A stretch of DNA of 64,000 nucleotides, taken from positions 744,001 through 808,000 of the forward strand of contig OX337229.1 of NCBI GenBank assembly GCA_946965045.2. The letters run 5' to 3'. Positions 23,484 through 33,306 of this stretch are shown piece by piece; position 1 is the first letter of the stretch; every line of letters starts with the position of its first letter. The stretch comes from Epithemia pelagica. Its lineage: Eukaryota > Protista > Bacillariophyta. The position numbers were made by a program, and so were the translations under genes. The notes under the pieces are model-generated. The model saw nothing but the letters and a program-made list of their open reading frames with translations, did not search any database and was not told where the DNA came from.

Positions 23484-24092
23484 TCTGCGGGCACCTCTGT
23501 CGTCATGGGCAAAAGAAAAAAATGACAAGAATCTTGATTCTCGACTTTCGAGCGACTAAAAGGTGACCAAAACCCAATGAGGCAACTTCTGCGGATGGAG
23601 CACCTACCTAGCAAAGGTAGAACATAGAAATGGATTGATAATACGTGTAATCTCCTATTCCTAGGTAGTATTGAAGACATTCACAGTCGGGAGACTTGGT
23701 TCTTCGCCATTATAACCTTGGAAGAATAGTGTAAAAGCTTAATTGCAAGTCACTATACCGGCCCACAAGTCCATATGCGAGTCTTGGATTATGGAATCGA
23801 CCAAACTTTCTTTGACTTTCTAATGTCGTGCATTTTGTCGAAGACACAGTGCGTGGTCCGATCGGCTCTTGGCGAGAAGCGCTTTCTGCAGCCTCGTCGA
23901 GAATGGCACGCTTACTTGTACAAGCGTACTCGTGACGGTGAGAATGCCGATTCTATTGGCTCCCCCTCCAGAATGCGAAACTCTGCTGGCAGCTGCTCCC
24001 CACAGACAGTGTATGTGTAATGTCACCCGTGGACCAGAACAAAGGAGCAATATGGAACCACAAACACAACGACAAAGCATCTGAACGCGGGC

Positions 24093-25596
24093 CTACCTCT
24101 TCTTCTTGTTTGTTTCGGGTGTTTTTCGGGGACCATACCGCTTGAACTTTCTATCCCTCTTCATCTTGGAGGATGGATCCTCTTTTTCAAAAATGTTCGA
24201 CGCCAGTTTTACCAGTGAGTGATCGGCATACATTCGATCCAGTTCATCCTGTTTCATACGAACAGCATCCTCTTTCAATGTTTGCATGTCCTCATTCTCG
24301 TCCGAAACACCACCCGCAACAGTCCAAGTCGTCGATCGTAATTGATCCACTTCCAATCGTAAACTTTCAATTTTCTCGTCACTGATAGTGTATCCATGAA
24401 CCAAACTGTTGAGTGGACGCGAGAGAACTATGATCCTCTCAAGAACAAACGGCAAAACGTACCGGACACATGTACGCAAACATTCCATGAATATCGTTTG
24501 AATTGAGACATCGGCGTTCCTATCGATGGAGTTTGTGTCAACCGTACGAGCTTCATATGATGCGGCGTCCACGACATGGTCATCCTTCACAGTTCCAAAC
24601 CAACCTGTCGAATTATTTGTAATGATTGAATATCCATACGTGCCGGTTGGCGAAAGATGACCTAGCAGCACCGGTAGAGAAAGAACACACAAAAGTGTAA
24701 TGTAAGATTCCGACCCGTAGTCATGAGAAGATCACCCAAAGATGCATTTGTTTACCCAGACTCGACGTACCTGACATGCCTTTGTATGGGCCTTCCACAA
24801 CTTTGACCAGCGAAGTAAATGGAGGGGAGGGGCGAGGTTGTTTTTTCACTTGGCTTCTCACCATGATCGTTCCACGTTGGCGGACATGATCTCCTACACT
24901 TTCGTTCTCGGTGTTATGAGTAGCTGCACTTGGTGGTGGCGCGTCTGTGCCACCCGTCTCGTCCTGAACAGAATTGGTGTCCATAATTGGAACAGACTCC
25001 AGTTTCGTCTCCTCTATTTCGTTTGTATTGTTGCCTTCTTGCTGTGACTCAGCTAATTGAGTAGGATCGCTCGGTCCATGTTGATCATCCGCATTGCATT
25101 CCTTTGCGCCCCCTAAGCGGCTCTCGTTTTCAGCATTCACCTCCAGCTCGTCCGATTCTGTGGATTTTCCAATCGGGAGATCCGTAGATTCGTTGAAGGA
25201 TGCCGAGGCCCACGATGAAGTTCTCTTTGATTTGCTGCTTCTAGATCCAGTGCTTTCTCCTCGATACAATTTATTTAGAACGATACTTGCAACGCTTCCT
25301 TCCGAGTACAGAGCTCTGCGTCCATTTTCCCCTCCCTGGTCAGATTCAATCTCATCATCATAGTCCGAAGATTGCCCACTCGCCACAGACTGTGCGACCC
25401 TTGCTAACGAACGGTGTTGATGTTTCGTAGTATGGCTCTTTTTTGTCACAGATCGCGACTTTTTCATCTTGCTGGATGGAACGGCTGACTTATTGCTCCC
25501 CATGTCGTCCATTGTCAAAAGCTGATGCGAGATCTGCGTATTGCTTGTCGATACGCTGTTTTTTCCTTTCGTTGATCTTCCGTTGGAGGTTACCAT
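24093..25596 (-). CDS. Hypothetical 2-exon protein with a KOW-like motif (intron 24662-24770)
   Basis: Two long ORFs join in frame across a GTACGT..TAG intron, giving SLVKVVEGPYKGMSGHL. Confidence 0.6.
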
Positions 25597-25997
25597 ACCT
25601 TAGCTTACGCTAACACACTCGGACCGTCGTGATTCTGCTGTATTGAAGGGAAACAACAAACATGGCGTAGCTCCATTGAAATGCTACACAATAGCTGGAG
25701 CGTGAGAAATCGAGTCGCGTATTTATTACATGAATGGTTCCAACTCTCGCGCTATCTCATCTAAATGTATTCTCAAACAAACTCTAAGAGTCGATTTAGG
25801 TGGTCAACGGTGACTCGTTTCGACAACCTTTCGGTATTCCAGATACATACAGAGCACGCATTTGGACGCACAAATGAATCTAAATCTAGACCGAGGAACT
25901 GAGCATAACGCAAACGTTCCGATCATGCCATCCTCGAGCACTGCCGTTTGCAAAGTACCTTCACATGTCATAACCAGATCAACGCTTCCGTCTTCGC

Positions 25998-26900
25998 TTA
26001 TACCTGTAAGACTTTGGCTCGATTGAAGTTTTCTACCATTTCTGCGAACGCCAACATTGCTACGCCATGATGAGCACCGGGTTTGAGGTCGTCAATGAGT
26101 TCAATCCCAGCATACATGGCAGCTGCTAGACCAACCATCATACCAATCGGTATTCTCCTCATAAACGTTCTCTTGGGTACCTTGTGAACAAAGGCGGCTC
26201 TTTCGTCGACCTTGGATACCTGCCAAAAACGACGAAGCTGATAACTGAGCTCCGAAAGGGCTAGAAGTGCCGCGCCATGATGAGTGCCTGGTTTCAAATC
26301 ATCATATATTTCGACAAAGCATGCTACTACTGCCACAATGCAAGCCGTTATTGATACCAAAGGTGAAACCAAAAAGTGCCCCAATCTTTGGAGCACGCGA
26401 ACCGGTCCCTTTGTCAATGCCTCTTCGTCAAGTCCCATTTTTTCGAGATCCTCACCAACCTCGCCAATCTCTGTCTGAAGGATTGCAACCGACCGAAATA
26501 GACGAATGACTGCTAGAATGAGAACGCCATGAGCACGACCCATCCTTCTATCCCTCGGTTCTCGTAACCCTTCGAGAATTTCCAAAACACTGAAACCTCC
26601 AATGACAAGAGATGTCGTTATTGGAAACACTTGACGTAGAGCCCGCCTTCGAGGATGTTCGTCCGAAACAGGGAGCGAAGTATCAGCCAAAGCAGTGAGA
26701 GCACATCTATTTTCCCGCTTGCTAATATATGCCTGCTGCTCAGGCACCTGGGACAAATCTCTTTCTGGCCCATATCTGTGGAGAAGGAAAATGGAGGATC
26801 CGAGAACAGAACTGGCCTGAAATCCATGGACTTGCGTGCACGCAACTAACCAGAGAATTAGGAAATTGTTCCCGAAATCCCTCGCTGCTGTCTTCTTCAT
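25998..26900 (-). CDS. Probable plastid-targeted membrane protein with three internal E-x-x-D-x-L-x-x-G-x-HHG helical-hairpin repeats
   Basis: Signal peptide ending VHG|FQASS, then an S/R-rich transit-like region and six hydrophobic segments. Confidence 0.75.
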   Translation of the reverse strand: MKKTAARDFGNNFLILWLVACTQVHGFQASSVLGSSIFLLHRYGPERDLSQVPEQQAYISKRENRCALTALADTSLPVSDEHPRRRALRQVFPITTSLVIGGFSVLEILEGLREPRDRRMGRAHGVLILAVIRLFRSVAILQTEIGEVGEDLEKMGLDEEALTKGPVRVLQRLGHFLVSPLVSITACIVAVVACFVEIYDDLKPGTHHGAALLALSELSYQLRRFWQVSKVDERAAFVHKVPKRTFMRRIPIGMMVGLAAAMYAGIELIDDLKPGAHHGVAMLAFAEMVENFNRAKVLQV

Positions 26901-27406
26901 CTCGTAGAACTATGTCGTAGGTATTTGTTTCCGTTGGTCGACTTTGTATCAGACTACCTAGTGATGAGGTCTCGTGAAGAAAGATCCCCTCTTGTCGAAA
27001 AGAAAGTGAGGTCATGGAAATTTTGGGGGATTTCGTGCACCTTGCATGCTTGCGCGCGTCATCAGTGAGCAGCTCTTTCTATTGTACATGTACAGTATTA
27101 AAGGGATTGGTTGGGGAAGTGTCATTGATGTGCCCACAAAACAAACGATGTACTCCTGCTCGTATCTCTCCTTAGAGCAATCTTTAAAGCTTCCATCCAC
27201 CTAAAGTATATTCCTTGGAACAAGACCACGTATAAAGGACTTGTTTGTGATCAGATGGTTTATGTTTGGGTAATTATTTCTTTTTGTCTATTATGAGTAC
27301 AGACGCTCGACGAGTTGATCGTATGCGAAGGCTTGTCGGTATGTCATTTCGTAAAATCATTTGCATGTGGCTCCAATGATATAGCATCAATGGAATAGAG
27401 CTTCAT

Positions 27407-28978
27407 CTAGCCCATGAAACGACGTCGGTCACGATCAAAGTCGTATCCGGTGAGATTTTCGTTGGTAACAGTAGTGCGCTCCGCGGCGCCCTTGGACTTG
27501 TTTCCTCTGTCCTTGAAGAATCCACCCTTGTTCTTGTCCGAGGACTCTTGCTCCAATGCTTGGTGATTTTGATTCGAGAAACTAGATCCAATTAAACTAG
27601 CCCGACGACGCCGACGATCTGTTCGTGCCCCAGTATTGTCGGCGGTAGCGGGTGCAGCGTCCGTCATGGGGAGCGTAAAGCCGCTTCCGGCACTAATCGA
27701 GGACTTGTTGTTGTTGTTTGATTCGGAGGACGAGAAACCAGTAATATCATCAATGAGCTTGCGCTGATACTGTGCGTTGTTACTGTCGTTTTTCGGGGTT
27801 GCTTCTGGCATGGCAAAGCTTGACCGTCGAGGAACACCACGTCGGGGAGGTTCGCCTCCACCACCAGCACCACCTCCAAAGCCGCCAAAATCGGCGCTGA
27901 ACATTCCACCAGAAGGCGCGGTTTGATCTTCATAGCCGTACATGTCTGCAGCTGCTCCAGAAGCGGCTGTACCCGTATCGCCGTAGCCATAATCTATTGC
28001 GGCGGCGTTTCCACTGAAACTTGCACCGACAAAGTTTGCCACCGCCTCGGCCCCCGCTGTTCCTACGGCAGAGGCTCGTCGAGCGCGGCGTCTCGCATTG
28101 CGTTGCACGGCCGTTTCACTGCCCAGACCGTCGGCGGACTTGGACGAAGTGACAGTCCCGGCATCGGCAAATCCACCAAAGCCTGTAGTCACCGGAGCGG
28201 CACCTGCTCCCCCCAGGGAATTTCGTCGCCGTGCTCGAGGTCTTGGTCGGGGAGCTGGATCCCCACCATCTGACATGGCACCATCGTTTCCACTCGATTC
28301 GTCCAAATTGAAGGCATCAAAGGAGCCAATCGCGGATTTGACTTTTGTTTGCTTTGTTCTCTTCTTTGTTTCCTCTGTTTCTGGTTTTGACTCGGATTCT
28401 TTTTGTTTGTCCGACTTCTTGGTCTTTTTGCCATCTGTAGATTTCTTTTTGGTATCAGAGGAGCTCTTTTTTCCATTCTTGCCCTCCTTTTTGCTGACGT
28501 CGCTCTTCTTTCTCTCAATGCCTGGGGTTTTACTCGAGCTACGTTTTTTGCCATCCTTTTTGCTTTCGGATGACTTTTTGCCGTCGGACGACTTTTTGCT
28601 GTCGGAGGAGGACTTTTTGGTGTCACCCGACTGCTTCTTGCTGCTACTACTCTCTCCCGACTTTTTGCTCCTCTTTTTGGAATCCCCGTTCCGCTTGGTC
28701 CCACTTTCGGACAGCTTCGTATTGCTCTCGATCGTCAATTCACTGGTATTCATGGTGGAAACAGTTGTTGCTGTCGTGTGGGACACGATGCTCTTATTGT
28801 CACAAAACCGCCCATTCATGCCTTTGTCCACAGACAAGCGAGCGACCTCAAGCACCATTCTCGCCAGTTCCATCAAAAATGTGTTGTGGTGTGGGCTTGC
28901 TCCCTGGTTTTGATGCTTGTAGCACTCCAAACTTGGAACTTGGGGGAGATTGGGCGTGATGAAATGACCGAAATGCAA
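27407..28978 (-). CDS. Disordered K/S-rich protein with DYGYG and RRxS motifs (start uncertain; possibly ATG 28753)
   Basis: 523-codon ORF; KK-S repeats, IDYGYGD, DMYGYED, RRRNS/RRAS/RRSS. Confidence 0.75.
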   Translation of the reverse strand: MHFGHFITPNLPQVPSLECYKHQNQGASPHHNTFLMELARMVLEVARLSVDKGMNGRFCDNKSIVSHTTATTVSTMNTSELTIESNTKLSESGTKRNGDSKKRSKKSGESSSSKKQSGDTKKSSSDSKKSSDGKKSSESKKDGKKRSSSKTPGIERKKSDVSKKEGKNGKKSSSDTKKKSTDGKKTKKSDKQKESESKPETEETKKRTKQTKVKSAIGSFDAFNLDESSGNDGAMSDGGDPAPRPRPRARRRNSLGGAGAAPVTTGFGGFADAGTVTSSKSADGLGSETAVQRNARRRARRASAVGTAGAEAVANFVGASFSGNAAAIDYGYGDTGTAASGAAADMYGYEDQTAPSGGMFSADFGGFGGGAGGGGEPPRRGVPRRSSFAMPEATPKNDSNNAQYQRKLIDDITGFSSSESNNNNKSSISAGSGFTLPMTDAAPATADNTGARTDRRRRRASLIGSSFSNQNHQALEQESSDKNKGGFFKDRGNKSKGAAERTTVTNENLTGYDFDRDRRRFMG

Positions 28979-29305
28979 CAGTCATCGACCAAACCACCAT
29001 CGATATCTAATGGGCTATTTTCTTGAAGGCGTAAAAAGAAGCCAAGGGGCATCAAGACTGTACGTCTGCTCTAACCAGTGAGCAATATTACTTCCCTCGG
29101 TATAGGTGACCACCTATTAATCGTCTGCCAGTCGTCCACCGAATTCTTCTCTGGCCTGGTTTTTTTCTTTTTTCATGTCAAAATTTTCTGGCAAAATCAG
29201 AAGGAACTCGCCGGCACAACCTGGTCACATTTCAAATCAGTTTGAGAATGGCCCAGCGTGCATGACCGTTGGTCTTGATTCTTGATTCTTGATGCACAGC
29301 CTTCA

Positions 29306-30088
29306 GGCCCTGTGTCCAGGGAATGTGTTTTCGAGGTCTGAAATCGAGTTTCGAGTTTTGAGGTGGGGCTCTGTCCCTACCTTGAAACAACGATCTGGAT
29401 GTACGTGTCCAGGTAAAAACTGTATTTTCGAGTTTCGAGTTTCGAGTTTTATTTTTCAATACTCGTGCACTCCCATGCTTCCCCCCTACCGGCGCATGAA
29501 CGAGCACAACGGCAATTGACAATGACGACAAACAAATGTCGCTTGAGTACTCCTAATTCCTAATATCACATTGCATAACGGGAGAAGGTAGAATATTTGT
29601 AGAGCCCGTCCATGGAGCAGGATGCGGGCTTTGTTCCGTAACCATGTCATCTATGGGGAGATGAGAACTATTTGCTTTTGACAATTGACAGTGGTTGTGA
29701 CCATTACTTCCATGGCAGCGACAGGTTAATAATACTTGCTTATTTTCTAGAGAAGCTCCTACTTACATCACATCAATCATTGTGCTACTATTGTCTATGA
29801 TGGACAAGAGAGATTGCCTCGTTGTTGTTGTCGGAGAGATCGAAATGAGAGACAGAGAGCCCGGCGGCTGAAAGGTGGGTTTTGTAGGAGCGCGTGGGGC
29901 TCTTTTGCAAACCTCGAAACTCGAAACTCGATTTCAGAATCTTGGCAAGGTCGTTGGGGGATTGCCAAGATTTGGGGGATTCGAGGTTGTGTTTTCGAGT
30001 TTTCAAGGGGACCATAACCTATTGGCTCAACCTCGAAACTCGAAACTCGATTTCAGAACTCAAAAACACATTCCCTGGACACAGGCCC
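29306..30088. mobile_element. PIF/Harbinger-type MITE A, 783 bp
   Basis: 59-bp TIRs (29306-29364 and 30030-30088, 4 mismatches) starting GGCCC/GGGCC; 3-bp TSD TCA (29303-05, 30089-91). Confidence 0.8.
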
Positions 30089-30189
30089 TCATTCGCCACT
30101 CGCCACACTCTCCAAACACAAACAAACCTCACCCCTCACCCATGCCAATGGCAATGACATGGTTTGTCTGCTTTCATGCGACTCAGGTA

Positions 30190-30909
30190 CTCCCTCCGGC
30201 CTTTTTTTATCGCACGAAGTTGAGAAAAATGACATAACGTCTCGAGCGTCAGCCCGTTCGCGCTAAAAATTATATAGATCGAAAGCTTATTACTAGACTC
30301 AAATTTCCATGTATAATTTATATGTTCCATCTCACAATCCTGGAGAGCTACATGGAACTAAAAGAGGCTAAAAACGCAATCCAAACTTTGGCGTACCGGT
30401 TCTGGCCCCCCAGGCGCACCCAAGGGATGGCACCCTCCAGTCAGGCCCGCGAGGGGGTAAAGTACATAGACTTGCCGGCTAATGACTGTGGACGTTCTAT
30501 AGACATTCATCTATCCTTCCCCATCTGAATGGCACCTTGCCAGAGGTGTTTTGTCTTTCGTCGCCAAAATTTTTGGATTTCATCGATCCATCATAAGTAG
30601 GCTATGAGAGTGCGCAGAGCAACTCGCACGCGGTGGACTGAATTAACTCCCCCGAAATTTCATCCAACGCACGCGCGCGTGGTCGATTCATATGTGTTCT
30701 TCGACTGCTGTTACAGAAGCGGTTAAAAGTGTCACGCGATAGAAGGATAATTAAGTTGTGGCGCGTGTCACATTGAATGTTCATCCTTAAAATTCGACTC
30801 CGAATGAGCCGGCCATCCTCCTGTAGAAATGTACCAGGTCCTACGACGGGTGTTTATGCGACTGATTTTTAGAAAAATAGATCGTGCGATAAAAAAAGGC
30901 CGGAGGGAG
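30190..30909. mobile_element. Tc1/mariner-type (Stowaway-like) MITE, 720 bp
   Basis: 28-bp perfect TIR CTCCCTCCGGCCTTTTTTTATCGCACGA; TA on both flanks. Confidence 0.9.
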
Positions 30910-30916
30910 TATGTAA

Positions 30917-31950
30917 GGCGCATCGGGGTCGTAAAAAAAATTCGAGGCAAAAATCAAGATTCGAGTTTCGAGGTTGGTCTAATAGGTTATGAATAGGTTA
31001 TGTGTACCCTCGAATCTTGACCTCGACTTTTGACCGAGGCGCACTTTTGAAAATTTTTGGGCCAAAGTGCGCTCCGACCAAAAATCGAGGTCAAGATTCG
31101 AGGTTGCTCCTCGTCCGAGGTTTCCTCAAAACTCCAAACATCATCCCTATCTCTTCTTGTTGTTGTCTTTGTTAAAATCAACACGAGAATCAAGAATCAA
31201 CCACAATGAGTCTTCATTCAAAGTCCTCCCATGAAGACAATGTGATTGCTGAAGAAATAGATGGAGAGGAGAACCCAGCAACCACAAAATTTGTCTCGAC
31301 AGAGTCGGTGCACCAATTTTACACGGAGAAAGTCAACCTTCTCCAGGACAAGAGGCGTCTCCAACAGCATACGAATCCCTTTGCCACACCAATTTCTGTT
31401 GCTCCTCAAACCCGAAGAAATGTTGATTCATCCCATTCAAGCAGTAGTTCCACCACCATCCAGGCATCGTCACAAGATCATCTTTCACCGGATTTAGCCA
31501 AAAATGAGAGCTGCGGATAGTACAATACTCTTTTCATGTGATGTTCGAGAGTGCATTGTTCTTGTCAAATTCGTTTGGTTATTGGTGATGTTGGAGGCAG
31601 TTGTATGAGATGAGGAAAGGGGAAAGTAGGTGTAATTGGAAAGGGCGGTAAAGATCTAGGTGACAAAGGAGGAGTAATTGGAAAGGGTGGTAAAGATCTA
31701 GGTGACAAAGCAGGTGTAATTGGAAAGGGCGGTAAAGATCTAGGTGACAAAGGAGGAGTAATTGGAAAGGGTGGTAAAGATCTAGGTGACAAAGTAGGTA
31801 CGTGAAACCTAGTGGAAACTCGAAACTCGAAACTAATCTTTTACCACCGTGAGACATCCTAGGTTAAGAATTCGAGGCCCGTAGAAGACCCCACCTCGAA
31901 ACTCGAATCTTGATTTTTGCCTCGAATTTTTTTTACGACCCCGATGCGCC
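30917..31950. mobile_element. PIF/Harbinger-type MITE B, 1034 bp
   Basis: 58-bp perfect TIRs (30917-30974 and 31893-31950) starting GGCGC; TSD TAA on both sides. Confidence 0.9.
31626..31800. repeat. 42-bp tandem repeat x4 with alternating variants, inside MITE B
   Basis: Unit GNAGG(T/A)GTAATTGGAAAGGG(C/T)GGTAAAGATCTAGGTGACAAA. Confidence 0.92.
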
Positions 31951-33306
31951 TAAGATGGAAGAGAGGACAGAACTGCTATTCTGATAAGGACAAGTTTCCC
32001 ACTCGCCCTTCCCTGCCACTTTTCTTTGCTCCATCTGAGGAATCACTGCGACTGGAATCATTGCGACTCTTCTCCGTAGTCTTAATGCTTGATTCAGTAA
32101 AAGCCCTTTTATTTGATACTCTCTTGTCTCTACATCAAATTCCTATTCTTATTCAATCATAGGGTCAATTTCAATAGGGCTGGCGATTACTTGCTTTTAT
32201 TGCGTTCGTCTTCGTTCTATTCCTTCCAGGACATGTCCTTGGCGGGGAAGATAAACTAAGCGAAAGAAAAGAGTCCATCTTATCAAGCAGTTCATCGAAG
32301 GAGATTTTAGGGACAAAGAGAAGCATATAAAAAGGGTTGACAATAAGAATCTCATGGTTTGTGGTTAGCCATGTAAAACTTTGATTGGAAGTCGTCAATT
32401 CGAATGGTAGAAAAGGTAAGGCCCAATGGCCCCTATGAAAAGCAAATAGTGAAATATCCTACCAATCCTACAGAAGATAAGAGGCAAAGGAACAATTAAC
32501 AATGAAAGGTAAGACGCGCTCCTTCGACAACGATTCGTCCGGAGTTCATGCCCCTTGGTCATCATGGTCCGTGTTTTCATCGACCCTCCAAATTTTGCTC
32601 TCACGGTTTTTATGAGACGCTGTCGCTCGCGAGCGTCTGGAATTTGAATCGTGTTGATCAGAGGACGCCCGCCAACCTTCAACTGTCACTTTCACGCCGG
32701 CCATTCTACATGACGTTTTTGCTTTTGGGAGATTTTGTGGGGGAGAAGGACAGATCTTTCGTGAGCGACTGGCAGACGATTAATAGGTGGCCACCGATAC
32801 AGAGCCTTACGAGCTAGTATGAAAGAATAAGACACGAGAAAGACATGTCCCAATGACCACAACAAGTGGTACGTTAACGACCGACCAATTTTCCTTGCTA
32901 CTTGCTACCCATCATCGACAAAAGGAGAATAGACCTACTAGGAGTAGGAGTAATTTTTTTGCTTCCGACCAGCTGACTGGGAACAACTTTTAGGAGTATA
33001 GATTTTCCGTATTGCCGTCGTTGTCGAAGCACATCAGCTACCTAACAATGGACGAAGGAAGAGGGGGATGACATCTCATTCATCGAGCGCCACACCGTAA
33101 TCCTGTGTTTATTGACATGGTGACCTGTCCCTCGATCTTCCTCTCCGCCTCACCTGACATAGGTAACCGTCAAGACAAGTGATGCTGATAGGGAGAAGGT
33201 AGCCTGATTTCGCACGCTCGACTATGAATCAATTCAAAGCGCTCGGACTTGAAGTGAGGAAAGAAGACTCCCACTATAGCGGAGAGAATGGTGTAGCAAT
33301 GCATTT

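Noticed and set aside
31626-31800. 42-bp repeats as a CRISPR array or KH domain (GVIGKGGK)
   Set aside because: The units are contiguous with no unique spacers and there are no cas genes. The GxxG-like peptide lacks the KH flanking structure and its frame has a stop just upstream with no ATG.
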